IMG/VR virus record: IMGVR_UViG_3300011444_000012
Location: 1-58,060 of that record
Length of the DNA stretch: 58,060 bases
From: a virus
Taxonomy: Duplodnaviria; Caudoviricetes
Strand: one strand, 5' to 3'
Position 1 is the first letter of the stretch. Every line of letters starts with the position of its first letter. The position numbers were made by a program, and so were the translations under genes. Below are positions 7,984-17,320 of this stretch, in pieces. The notes beneath the pieces are model-generated. The model was given only the letters and a program-made list of their open reading frames with translations, was not told the origin of the DNA and searched no databases.

Positions 7984-8005
7984 AAACCGCCAAGAAAGGC
8001 GGTTT
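7984..8005. terminator. Bidirectional terminator hairpin
   Basis: AAACCGCC/GGCGGTTT between convergent genes. Confidence 0.6.
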
Positions 8006-8023
8006 CTGCGTTAAACAGGGGCA

Positions 8024-8395
8024 TTATTGGAACAAGTTAGCCTGACGCAAAACATTAATACTACTCTTAACTATTGAAGGTTCTATTGGCTTGTAGGCTA
8101 CTTCTCTTGCTTTATTATCAGTTTTTACGGGGTTACGAAGCATCCATGTAAATCCCATTCTCCCCGACTTTAGCATCCGTTTATTACCTGACCTATAAAT
8201 TAATTCCATCCGGTCTAGCTCTGAAAGCCTTTTCCACACCCTGCTTTTATCTACTCTCATGTAGGCAGCTAGGTCTTCAAATGTTCCTTCATTAATCTCT
8301 CTTAGGGCATCTAGTATCTGCCTGTAGGTTTCATTTAGTTCTTCGACTTTAAGGCTTCTAAATGCAGCCTTAGACGTTTCTACAACGTTTCTCAT
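8024..8395 (-). CDS. Winged-helix DNA-binding protein
   Basis: GTFEDLAAYMRVDKSRVWKRLSEL...LIYRSG. Confidence 0.7.
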   Translation of the reverse strand: MRNVVETSKAAFRSLKVEELNETYRQILDALREINEGTFEDLAAYMRVDKSRVWKRLSELDRMELIYRSGNKRMLKSGRMGFTWMLRNPVKTDNKAREVAYKPIEPSIVKSSINVLRQANLFQ

Positions 8396-8432
8396 GGTTG
8401 TGTTAGTTTTAGTATGTTAGAAAACATTGGTT

Positions 8433-8996
8433 TTAAACTATCCCCTTAATTGGTAGTTTTATCGAATTGTTTACTTCGTTCCCGTAAACATCCCATCCTT
8501 CGTATTCGAAATCAGGGAAAAACCCCTCTCTGCTTCTTGCAAATATTTCCAATCTGCGTTCCCCAAATACTTCAATAGATTTTCTTATTTGGTCAGGCTT
8601 TTGGCTATGCTTTGCATTTTTAGATGATATTTTAAATATCGTGGGCATTGCATTCCTTTTAGGGTACATTTTAATCTTACCCTTATACCCGAAAACAAGA
8701 AATTCTGTTCTATTATGGAAGCCAAACAAGCAAAGACCATTCATTTTATCCCAAGTAATTGTTCTCTGATATTTAAACCCCCATGCTTTTAAAATTTCAA
8801 ACGTTTTTGGTAAATAGGATTGGGTCGCCCAAACAAAGCAAACACAATTATCATCTGCAATTTCATTTATTGGCATATTCTTAATATCATCAATATTCAT
8901 AGTTTCATAATCAAAATGAATTTGATTAGGTCTAGCCTTTCTTTGTATCTTTTTTACTTCCCATGGGGGGTCAGCATATATCACATTGTACTTCAT
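8433..8996 (-). CDS. MT-A70-family N6-adenine methyltransferase
   Basis: YNVIYADPPW, WGFKY, HSQKP and RLEIFAR motifs. Confidence 0.92.
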   Translation of the reverse strand: MKYNVIYADPPWEVKKIQRKARPNQIHFDYETMNIDDIKNMPINEIADDNCVCFVWATQSYLPKTFEILKAWGFKYQRTITWDKMNGLCLFGFHNRTEFLVFGYKGKIKMYPKRNAMPTIFKISSKNAKHSQKPDQIRKSIEVFGERRLEIFARSREGFFPDFEYEGWDVYGNEVNNSIKLPIKGIV

Positions 8997-8997
8997 A

Positions 8998-9147
8998 TTA
9001 AACTATTTCTTTTATTTGAGTATTACCATAAGCTATTTCACTCATGTTTTCTTTAAATTTCTGTAAGGCTTTTAACGGGCTATCAGCCCATATCCATACA
9101 TATCTTCTTTTACCTTTAGTGTATAATGCTATTTTGTACTTATTCAT
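8998..9147 (-). CDS. 49-aa hypothetical protein
   Basis: Hand-translated MNKYKIALYTKGKRRYVWIWADSPLKALQKF...; fills the operon gap exactly. Confidence 0.6.
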   Translation of the reverse strand: MNKYKIALYTKGKRRYVWIWADSPLKALQKFKENMSEIAYGNTQIKEIV

Positions 9148-9376
9148 AGTTTTTAATTTCTTCTTTTACCTGTTGCCAATACTTATAAACACTTCCATTA
9201 TGGCTATTTGTGGATTTATAACTATCCATTATTTCATCAACCGCTATTAAAGCACATTGTTTGGCTACTCTAAAAGGATTTTTATGTATCTCATTAAATT
9301 CACTTCCGATTGTACTTGGATATTCAAAGTTTTTAAACTTCTTAACCAGTTCTTTTGCTTTCTCTTGTGCTGTCAT
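9140..9376 (-). CDS. Hypothetical phage protein
   Basis: MTAQEKAKELV...AKQCALIAVDEI...YWQQVKEEI pattern. Confidence 0.75.
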   Translation of the reverse strand: MTAQEKAKELVKKFKNFEYPSTIGSEFNEIHKNPFRVAKQCALIAVDEIMDSYKSTNSHNGSVYKYWQQVKEEIKNYE

Positions 9377-9612
9377 AAGTATTTAATTTGAAAGTATATA
9401 TTTGGTTTGTCGTTTAACTTGTATCTATTAACCCAACGTTCCATTATCATTCTCCTATGAGGTCTGGAAGTAAACTTCAAAGTATCAATCAAATCTCCTT
9501 CATAATACAAAGCAACATACCCTTGTGAATGAGCTATTACCTTTCTTTCGAAATTATCTATCTTAATACCTATTCTATCTCCCAGGTTACCATTGATTGC
9601 TAGACTTACCAT
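9373..9612 (-). CDS. Hypothetical protein
   Basis: Coupled ORF. Confidence 0.65.
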   Translation of the reverse strand: MVSLAINGNLGDRIGIKIDNFERKVIAHSQGYVALYYEGDLIDTLKFTSRPHRRMIMERWVNRYKLNDKPNIYFQIKYL

Positions 9613-9941
9613 TACACAATAGATTTTTTAATTACGCTCAATTCAGAATCATGTCTTACAATCATAAAATTATTTTCAACCATAAAGTTCTCAAAGGCTT
9701 TTAATGCTTTGTATGGTTCTAATGTTTTGCTTGAAATGATAAATACTTTTCTTTCTTTTATTTTCTTTTTTATCATGCCAAAATAAAATTCATCACTTAC
9801 TGATTTTTCAACTACCAGGTTTACTTCTTTGCCATCTTTTTTATCTTCGTATTTCCAAAAGCAAACCTCACCGCAGAAGTCTCCTAACAACTGCTCATGG
9901 TGGTACTTAATTTCTTTACCGCAGGATTTACAATGTTTCAT
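9612..9941 (-). CDS. Hypothetical protein with N-terminal CxxC...CxxxC Zn-binding motif
   Basis: CKSCG...FCGEVC. Confidence 0.65.
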   Translation of the reverse strand: MKHCKSCGKEIKYHHEQLLGDFCGEVCFWKYEDKKDGKEVNLVVEKSVSDEFYFGMIKKKIKERKVFIISSKTLEPYKALKAFENFMVENNFMIVRHDSELSVIKKSIV

Positions 9942-10161
9942 TTTGTTTATTGTTTTGTATGTTTAATTTCAATCCGAAAATCAAAGTTTCAATAAGCGGG
10001 TAGTCATTCAGCAAACAAGTAGCATCTAAACTTATAGCGAATATCTTTTGGGCTATTTCTGGTGGCACTTCTCCTTCAACTCCAGTAGCGATATTGCGGT
10101 ACGTATCGTTGACCAAATGCTTGTAAAGTGCGTTTGTGGTTTTATGTCTTACTATTGTCAT
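9928..10161 (-). CDS. Hypothetical protein
   Basis: 77-aa ORF downstream of the primase-helicase. Confidence 0.7.
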   Translation of the reverse strand: MTIVRHKTTNALYKHLVNDTYRNIATGVEGEVPPEIAQKIFAISLDATCLLNDYPLIETLIFGLKLNIQNNKQNETL

Positions 10162-10163
10162 GG

Positions 10164-12038
10164 TTAAAAATTTATATCGTCATGGTACGGCTTCCATTGC
10201 CTTTCCGGTTCAAACCTTATCTCTTGCGTACTACTTGCTAATAGCAGTTTTGGGTCGCATGGTATCTGTCCGGTAATAGGATCGGAAAACCTTTTCTTGC
10301 TCCAAATCATGTTTAATTCAAAACTGCCTGTTTCACCACCAGTTCTTTTGCGCTTAACCTTTTGAATGTAAATCTGAACTTCTTTGCTTGTTTTGTCTAT
10401 GTGATAGTTTGGTCTGTAATAGGAAATTATGTTATCAGCTTTGTTGCCCCACATTGCCCCACCTGCTATATCGTACATATCAACAACAGGCAATGACTTG
10501 TCAGCTTCTCTTTGCGGCTTAACAGGATGAACGATGATATTGTATGAAACATTGTTCAGTAGGGCAAATCTTTTGATATTTTTAAGAATTTCAGACAGGT
10601 ATTGATCTTCCCTTTGATACGCCTTTTGGTTGTGGTCAAGCTGATTAAACGGGTCAATCATAACTCCATCAACACCTTTCTTCATAACCAGGTATCTGAA
10701 CTTCTCATTGATAGAATTTACATCGTGTTCGTTTTCGGGGTACACGTAGTATATGTGGTTGTTAATGAAGTTTGCTGCTTCGGTATATTCATGTTCACTC
10801 ATGTTTTGCAGCCACTTCCCTGCATACATTTCGATAATATCATCGTAGAAATCATAAGCCGGATAATTTTCGGGGCTGAATATTGCCCATTTCCAACCAT
10901 CGAATATGCTTTTGGTAAGCATAAGCTGTAAAGCGAATGTTGTCTTGCCATGATTACCGTAGCCTGTAAAAAGATTTATTTCACCTTTCTTCCACCTGAA
11001 AAACTTATCCATGCAATCAAACCTAGTGGTAGGTGCTAAAACAACTCCCTGTTTGAAATTGTCAAGCATGACAGGGAATAAATCATCTACGTAGTAAACC
11101 CCATCAACGGGTATTAATTCAGAACTATTAATGCACCGGATAACCGTTTGCTTGCCCAAGTATTGCAGCACTTCGTTTAAGTCTTTGCAACGTCTTTTCA
11201 ACCCGCTATCCATTGGCACAACTTCTTCAATCGGGTAAGTTATCAACCTGCATCTTTCAACACCCAATCTTCTTACAAGTTCTTCTTTTAGTGCCTTCCC
11301 TGCCTCGTCATTATCAGTAGCAATAACAAACTCATAAATACCCATAAGCCAATCAGAACAGTTGTCAATGTACTCTAGCCTTTGGTTGCCCTTACTTGCG
11401 CCGTTAGGGACAGACAAGACAGCCCATTTAGCCATTTCTTCGTTGGTAAGTACGCCTTGTTCGTCATGCTCCAAATCCCTACCAAACCCGCTTTCGTATA
11501 CCGCCATACAGTCAAACTCACCTTCGGTTATGATAACGTACTTCTTATCCCCCATTGAACTAAGGTTATAGAAGATAATTTCAGCATCCTTAACCATTTT
11601 AAAATGCTTATTCCCTGACCTAAACTTAATATTCACCATTACGCCATCCCTGAAATACGGGAAACAAATACACCTTTCTTTTTGGTTAGATTGCGGCATA
11701 AATTCTTCTCTACCGAAAATCATAAACTTATCTACCGTTTCATGTGAAATGCCTCTTGCCTGGAAGTATTGAACAACCTTATCATTCAACTCCCTGTTTT
11801 TTAGCATATTCTGGTCAGGCTTCTCATAGTGCTTGTTGCTCTGTTTTGCGATAGATGTTCTTACATTCCCCTTCCATCCGCAGTTATGGCAATTATATTC
11901 GCCCGTAGTTACGTTTACGGATAATGGTTTATCATTCTTGTTTTTCCTACCGTCAGAACATTGCGGGCATTTCACCTTATCGCTACCTGAATGTTTTGTT
12001 AGTTTTATTCCTAAATCGGAAAGCTTATCGTAGTACAT
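10164..12038 (-). CDS. Bifunctional DNA primase-helicase (T7 gp4/Twinkle-like)
   Basis: Zn ribbon CPQC/CHNC; TOPRIM ITEGEFD and ATDNDEAG; Walker A GYGNHGKT; IDPFN. Confidence 0.93.
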   Translation of the reverse strand: MYYDKLSDLGIKLTKHSGSDKVKCPQCSDGRKNKNDKPLSVNVTTGEYNCHNCGWKGNVRTSIAKQSNKHYEKPDQNMLKNRELNDKVVQYFQARGISHETVDKFMIFGREEFMPQSNQKERCICFPYFRDGVMVNIKFRSGNKHFKMVKDAEIIFYNLSSMGDKKYVIITEGEFDCMAVYESGFGRDLEHDEQGVLTNEEMAKWAVLSVPNGASKGNQRLEYIDNCSDWLMGIYEFVIATDNDEAGKALKEELVRRLGVERCRLITYPIEEVVPMDSGLKRRCKDLNEVLQYLGKQTVIRCINSSELIPVDGVYYVDDLFPVMLDNFKQGVVLAPTTRFDCMDKFFRWKKGEINLFTGYGNHGKTTFALQLMLTKSIFDGWKWAIFSPENYPAYDFYDDIIEMYAGKWLQNMSEHEYTEAANFINNHIYYVYPENEHDVNSINEKFRYLVMKKGVDGVMIDPFNQLDHNQKAYQREDQYLSEILKNIKRFALLNNVSYNIIVHPVKPQREADKSLPVVDMYDIAGGAMWGNKADNIISYYRPNYHIDKTSKEVQIYIQKVKRKRTGGETGSFELNMIWSKKRFSDPITGQIPCDPKLLLASSTQEIRFEPERQWKPYHDDINF

Positions 12039-12041
12039 AAT

Positions 12042-12545
12042 TTAAAATATTGCGCCTTTTAAAATGTTAGATGGTTTATAATCGCCGCTTTTGATAAATT
12101 CTTTTTGCTTTTCGCCTACCTTTTGAATCGTTCCATCGGAAAGTTGAACTTGCGAAAAATCCTCTAAGAATTTTATACCTTTTACTTTCTTATTTGTATT
12201 TTCATTTACATCTTCCATATGATTGCTCATATGACCTGTTTTTTTTGAATACTGATTTGCCCCGTTTTTGTTATTAACTCTACTGACAACGAATGACTTA
12301 CGTTTAGTTTGTTCTTCTTCTAATCTTTTGTTGTAATACAAACCGTTCTCATCTTGAACGAATTTATCCAAAACCTTATCCACCAGTTGACCTACCGTAT
12401 GAGCCATCATATGTTTGGTCATATGACCTCTATTGAACTGCATCATTAACAAATCCATGTAAGCCCCTTTTTCTTCAAAGGACATACCCATAGTGCCACC
12501 TAGCCAATCGTTAGGATAAAATAAAAAAGCGGGGTCTTTAGCCAT
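12042..12545 (-). CDS. DUF1376/YdaU-like replication protein
   Basis: MAKDPAFLFYPNDWL...EEKGAYMDLL...NKRLEEE. Confidence 0.8.
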   Translation of the reverse strand: MAKDPAFLFYPNDWLGGTMGMSFEEKGAYMDLLMMQFNRGHMTKHMMAHTVGQLVDKVLDKFVQDENGLYYNKRLEEEQTKRKSFVVSRVNNKNGANQYSKKTGHMSNHMEDVNENTNKKVKGIKFLEDFSQVQLSDGTIQKVGEKQKEFIKSGDYKPSNILKGAIF

Positions 12546-12742
12546 TTAATAGCTTTAATTAGTTAAGCAATATTCAGTTTTCACAAAGGCACGTTTTGGG
12601 CAATAGATTATTTGCACCGATATTTTAGTGGGTTTTGGCGGTGCGGATTCAGGCAAATCGTCAAGATTTGACATGTTTAAACCTCCTTGTATTAGCTCCT
12701 TTTGGGGGAGTGTGGTTGTTAGTAATTGGTATGTGTGTGCAT

Positions 12743-12781
12743 AAAAAAACGGATTAAAGTATTTGGTATTTATCCGTTTTT
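12743..12781. terminator. Terminator hairpin after the Cro-like gene
   Basis: AAAAAAACGGAT...ATCCGTTTTT. Confidence 0.55.
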
Positions 12782-12986
12782 AAATCTCCATGTTGAGAAT
12801 TTCGAAGCAAGCAATAGCTTCTTCGCCTGTCCAGTTAATTAAGCCACTACGCCTTTGAGAAATTTGGCTATCGTTCAACTCAATTCCCTTCGCTAATAAC
12901 TTCTCCTTTAGCCACCTATTGGGGCGACCATCCATTGCTATGTTTATACGTTCATAAACAGGGAGCTTAACTGTTGTTTCTGCCAT
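12780..12986 (-). CDS. Cro/XRE-like HTH regulator
   Basis: GRPNRWL...GIELNDSQISQRRSG..NWT.EE; first gene of the leftward replication operon. Confidence 0.65.
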   Translation of the reverse strand: MAETTVKLPVYERINIAMDGRPNRWLKEKLLAKGIELNDSQISQRRSGLINWTGEEAIACFEILNMEI

Positions 12987-13061
12987 TTTTCAATTTGTTT
13001 ATTACACAAATGTGGGATTTTATTTTAAATAAAAAAAATAATTTATTTCCTTGAAAGATTA

Positions 13062-13092
13062 TTTGGTAATATAAAAATGTTCAATAACTTTA
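13062..13092 (+). promoter_or_regulatory. Promoter TTTG-N19-TAACTTTA
   Basis: -33 box plus variant -7 box, divergent from the Cro-like gene. Confidence 0.6.
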
Positions 13093-13096
13093 CACC

Positions 13097-13705
13097 GTTG
13101 AATGATTAATTGAAACGTTAGAGGTTCTTTTTTTAGAGTGATGTTTTTCTTTATTAAGTACAGAGGCGGTTGCTTGAGAGGTGTAACCGCCTTATTTTGA
13201 AAGTTCTTTGAATCTCATATACACAGATAGGTGTGAATCATATTCTCACCAAATACAGCGAAAGAAGCGGCAGCTTATATGCTACGAAAACGGTAACGTT
13301 AATGTGATCCGTTGACAGCTTGGAAAGCATAGAGATACAACAAGCATGGACGAGAGTAAAAAGCATTAAACGGTGAGCCACTTCGAAAAAACAAACGGGG
13401 AGTAAGATGAAAGAGGAAGCTTACTCCCTTATTTTGAAAACAAGTTCTTTAACATAGCTTCAAAGGCGATGGCGGGATAAACAAATGGGAGTATCCCTAA
13501 CGGGGTATTATATCACATCGGAGCGGCAAAGATGCCATGAATACGCACCGCCAAACTTATTCAACTGCTTTGAACGCAGCGTTGTACGTTGATGATATAA
13601 TGAGGTCAAGTTATATCACAGAGCAGTTAATGTTTGTTTTGGATTTTCTCAATAAGCAGTTTAGTTTAACAACGGGGATTGTTTTTACTCTCCCCATCCT
13701 TTTAA
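13097..13705 (+). ncRNA. Long structured non-coding leader / ncRNA array with boxA-like motifs
   Basis: About 630 nt without a long ORF; many stems; repeated hairpin-CCTTATTTTGAAA-AAGTTCTTT junctions. Confidence 0.6.
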
Positions 13706-13724
13706 AAGTTTAAAATTAAATTAT

Positions 13725-14003
13725 ATGAGTTTTAAGGTCGTATGCTTAAATAAAGATGGTTGGCTTGAAGAAAAGAAGAATTGGTTTGGTAGAAAAAAAT
13801 GGGTTGATGGCGGTATGTACCCAATAAAAGATGAAATATGTACCGTAATAGAGGAATTGAGTAAGCCTGGTTTCTACTTCTTAGATGAATATGGTGATAC
13901 TTTCGAAAAAAGTCAATTTGTGCCATTAAAAAGTGATGGGCTTATCGAAGTAACTTTCGAGCAAATAAGGGAAGACTTAGGCATACCACAAGGCAAAAAC
14001 TAA
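13725..14003 (+). CDS. Hypothetical protein
   Basis: 92-aa ORF (KVVCLN...P.KDEI.TV). Confidence 0.75.
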   Translation: MSFKVVCLNKDGWLEEKKNWFGRKKWVDGGMYPIKDEICTVIEELSKPGFYFLDEYGDTFEKSQFVPLKSDGLIEVTFEQIREDLGIPQGKN

Positions 14004-14008
14004 CAGCC

Positions 14009-14230
14009 ATGCAATATATCTTAGCAGTATTACTAATCCCATTAGCCATTATGCTAATTAAAAGCAGGTGGATTCACCGGAAACACTCAAAGCTAAAAGA
14101 TGAATGGGGTGATCTACCAACTCATACCAAAGAGCAACAAGACTTCTTTAAAGGTAAGCCATCAGTAAACTTTCATGGAAGATTAATAAACATGGATGAA
14201 CACGCAGATGGTATCGTAGAAGAAAAATAA
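14009..14230 (+). CDS. Small membrane-anchored protein
   Basis: N-terminal TM segment. Confidence 0.65.
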   Translation: MQYILAVLLIPLAIMLIKSRWIHRKHSKLKDEWGDLPTHTKEQQDFFKGKPSVNFHGRLINMDEHADGIVEEK

Positions 14231-14236
14231 AACTAT

Positions 14237-14683
14237 ATGACAATATTTAAGGAATTACATAAAAGGATGGATGCTTTTGCAGAAAATATTGCTAAAGAGG
14301 TTGCTGAAAAAAGATTCTATGAAATAGAAGAAATAAAAGCTATCGCTAAGACTAGGCTATTTTGGGCAATACACGACTGCCTACAAATACAGGTTACCGA
14401 AAAGGAAAAAGAGAGAAGGGAATTGGTTGAAGCTTATGGCAAAGTAAGTGGGTCGCATAAAACAATTAAAATAGGGGTTGAGATTTCTAAAGTAAATGCC
14501 GAAAAAAAAGATGCTAACCGCCTTATGCATACTATACAAGATTATAATGAGTATGAGCAACTAAAGCATTACGTGAAAGATAAATTTGGTGAAAACGCCT
14601 TTTTTGATTTTGTTAATAATTATTTGGATCGGCAAGAAAACAGAAAAAGGAAGCCGTATAATTCTAAAGATACGGCACAATAA
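14237..14683 (+). CDS. Hypothetical protein
   Basis: 148-aa ORF. Confidence 0.7.
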   Translation: MTIFKELHKRMDAFAENIAKEVAEKRFYEIEEIKAIAKTRLFWAIHDCLQIQVTEKEKERRELVEAYGKVSGSHKTIKIGVEISKVNAEKKDANRLMHTIQDYNEYEQLKHYVKDKFGENAFFDFVNNYLDRQENRKRKPYNSKDTAQ

Positions 14684-14708
14684 AATATCAAACAGCCAAT
14701 CTAACACT

Positions 14709-14900
14709 ATGGTAATCAATACAGAAACAAAAGAAGAAATAGATGTATTTGGATATATATACGATAACACAAAACTTCTTTCTATAAAAGATGTACTAAG
14801 CTGTTGCCATGATGATTCAGCAGGAGCAGGAATAAAATACCTATTTGAAGATAAACTACGTGATTTAGTTAAAAGCAAACTTAATGATTTATGGGATTAG
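14709..14900 (+). CDS. Hypothetical protein (start revised to 14709)
   Basis: First non-overlapping ATG, in CTAACACT context. Confidence 0.55.
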   Translation: MVINTETKEEIDVFGYIYDNTKLLSIKDVLSCCHDDSAGAGIKYLFEDKLRDLVKSKLNDLWD

Positions 14901-15418
14901 CCGAATTACAACTTATCCGCCAAAGAAGGGAAACAATAGTACCAAAGAAGATATACTCCATAAAGAAAATATCTGACCGCAAAGCCAATAGAATAAAACA
15001 AAACCAGGAGAACGGAAGCGATAAGGATATGGATAGGTTTTTTGAAAGGATGCGTAAAAGGCTTATAGGTACTTGCCAATGTGGTTGTGCAGAACCTTCC
15101 CAAAAGAAAGATGATACCTTTTACCGTAATTGCATTTGCCACATTTTCCCGAAGCGGATTTTTAAAAGTATAGCAACACATGATCTTAATTGGGTAGAGC
15201 GTAGCTTCTGGAACGGGCATCATGGGAATATGGATAACCGCAGCATTGAGTTATGGAAGAACTTTGCAGACTTTGATGATATAAAAGAAAAGTTCCATGC
15301 ACTAGCACCACTACTTACGGATGAAGAACGTAAGACAAAGTTTTATCACAATTTGGAAGATTTGATTTACGGGGACTTGAAGAAAAGCCCCTTAAAAAAA
15401 GAGGCTATTGGAAGTTAG
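14891..15418 (+). CDS. Putative HNH-like/Zn-binding nuclease
   Basis: CQCGC...CHIFPKR...N...HH.NMD pattern. Confidence 0.5.
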   Translation: MGLAELQLIRQRRETIVPKKIYSIKKISDRKANRIKQNQENGSDKDMDRFFERMRKRLIGTCQCGCAEPSQKKDDTFYRNCICHIFPKRIFKSIATHDLNWVERSFWNGHHGNMDNRSIELWKNFADFDDIKEKFHALAPLLTDEERKTKFYHNLEDLIYGDLKKSPLKKEAIGS

Positions 15419-15531
15419 ATTTGGTTAAACGACCCTTATAAAACGAAGCTAAAATAATTAGCAGATGCAAATATCAACCAAATTATTGATACAAAGGTTA
15501 AATAGTAGGAATTATATAAGAATTAAATAAA

Positions 15532-16233
15532 ATGATACAAATGATCTCTATTTGCGTTCCTACTTACAATCGCTTCCGAATGACTATTGAGTGCTTTGAG
15601 CAAATCCTTTATGATGATAGAGTAGGCGAAGTGGTTATTGTAGATGATGCAAGTACAGATGGGAGTTATCAGAAATTAGTTGAGCATTTTAAATATGAAG
15701 CTAAAGTAAAAATGTACCGCAACGAAACCAATAGAGACTGTTATCAAAACAAGAAGACAGCTATTGAATTAGCTTCAAACAATTGGTGTTGTTTATGGGA
15801 TAGCGATAACATATTTTCCACTGGTTATTTGGATGAAATTTATAAATATGGGTGGAATGAAAATATAATTTATACGCCTTCATTTGCTGCACCGCACTTT
15901 GATTTTAGCAATTTTGGGGGGTTATTGGTTACTTCAAAAAACATTACTGAACATATACACAGACCAATGTTTGAGGTGTGTTTAAACGCTTGCAATTACT
16001 TCGTAAATAGAAAAATGTATCTTGAAGTTTGGGATGGCAGTATTGACCCTATAACTTCTGATTCTATTTATTTCGCCTATAAATGGCTAGAATCGGGTAA
16101 AGCTATATATATAGTTTCTGATTTAACTTATTTGCATAGGGTTCATCCTGGTTCGCATTACCAAAATAATGTTCACAGGACAAAGGAAGGATTTCACGAA
16201 AATATTTTACAGAAACTAAAAGAATTAAGATGA
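15532..16233 (+). CDS. Glycosyltransferase family 2
   Basis: ISICVPTYNR, VIVDDASTDG, LWDSDN. Confidence 0.92.
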   Translation: MIQMISICVPTYNRFRMTIECFEQILYDDRVGEVVIVDDASTDGSYQKLVEHFKYEAKVKMYRNETNRDCYQNKKTAIELASNNWCCLWDSDNIFSTGYLDEIYKYGWNENIIYTPSFAAPHFDFSNFGGLLVTSKNITEHIHRPMFEVCLNACNYFVNRKMYLEVWDGSIDPITSDSIYFAYKWLESGKAIYIVSDLTYLHRVHPGSHYQNNVHRTKEGFHENILQKLKELR

Positions 16234-16532
16234 AGACAATATATAAAATAGGGGAGATTGAATTGATTCTTGAACAGATTTCATGTATTGATAAAATGAG
16301 TGGGTATTTATCAAACGTTAAACATATCCCTATTTGGCTTACAGGCGGTAGTGAAAAGATAATTATTGAAATTTGTGCTGAAGGGGATGAACGACAACCA
16401 TACCAATCCGACCCACATAAACATTCATTCGTAGTAAGAGCGGAGAAAATATACGAAGATTTTAAATTAGCATGGCATAAATCTATATCCGAAAGTAATA
16501 TAAGCGAAAAAATATATGGTAACATTCAATAA
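16230..16532 (+). CDS. Hypothetical protein
   Basis: Coupled ORF within the glyco cluster. Confidence 0.6.
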   Translation: MKTIYKIGEIELILEQISCIDKMSGYLSNVKHIPIWLTGGSEKIIIEICAEGDERQPYQSDPHKHSFVVRAEKIYEDFKLAWHKSISESNISEKIYGNIQ

Positions 16533-17295
16533 TGCGGGGCGGCTAGGCAATTATTTGTACGAATTTGCTTGTGCTTGGGCTTATGCTAAAAAGAATGATC
16601 TAAAATTTACTGTACCACTTAATGATAGCAATCCAAAATGGTGTCCCGTTTATTTTAAAGAATTAAGAGATTATTCTTATAACAATAATGAAATAATAGG
16701 GGGGAAAGTAATTCATTGGGAGAACGGGCATCATTACCAACCATTAGACTTCTTTGAAGAGTGGAGAGATTATAACATAGTTATTGAGGGGTATAGGCAA
16801 TCATATAAATATTGGGATGAATACAGAGAAGAATTATTGAAAGCCTTCAATTTTCCTTATGAAATGAATAAAGGCGTGTGTGCTGTTCATATACGCAGGA
16901 CAGATTATCTTCAGAATCCAACAAAACATCCGGTAGTTACACTTGAATATTTGAGTATGGCACTTGCTATTATGAGCAACCAATATGGCATATACAGATT
17001 TGATGTTTTTTCAGATGATATTGCCTGGAGTAAAGAAGCCTTTCAATATTTGAATGATTTTTATCAGGTATCATTTTCTGAAGGGAGAAATGAAATAGAA
17101 GATTTAATTTTAATGTCTAATTGCGAACATATTATTTGTGCAAATTCAACTATGTCAACTTGGGCAAGCGAGATTAACCAAAACCCAAATAAAATTGTTA
17201 TAGTTCCACATCAGGATAATTGGTTTGGGGATGACAACAAAAAATTAGAGGTTTACGATATGTACCGTCCAGAATGGGTAACCATAAAATATTAA
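16516..17295 (+). CDS. Glycosyltransferase family 11 (alpha-1,2-fucosyltransferase-like)
   Basis: GRLGN, GYRQSYKY, VHIRRTDY, FSDDIAW, ICANSTMSTW. Confidence 0.92.
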   Translation: MVTFNNAGRLGNYLYEFACAWAYAKKNDLKFTVPLNDSNPKWCPVYFKELRDYSYNNNEIIGGKVIHWENGHHYQPLDFFEEWRDYNIVIEGYRQSYKYWDEYREELLKAFNFPYEMNKGVCAVHIRRTDYLQNPTKHPVVTLEYLSMALAIMSNQYGIYRFDVFSDDIAWSKEAFQYLNDFYQVSFSEGRNEIEDLILMSNCEHIICANSTMSTWASEINQNPNKIVIVPHQDNWFGDDNKKLEVYDMYRPEWVTIKY

Positions 17296-17320
17296 TAAAA
17301 TATACTCCAATATACGATTT

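Noticed and set aside
8433-8996. Restriction-modification system
   Set aside because: Orphan MT-A70 methylase with no adjacent restriction enzyme; common in phages
13097-13705. tRNA array
   Set aside because: No cloverleaf with a GTTCRA T-loop found by eye; tRNAscan/ARAGORN would settle it
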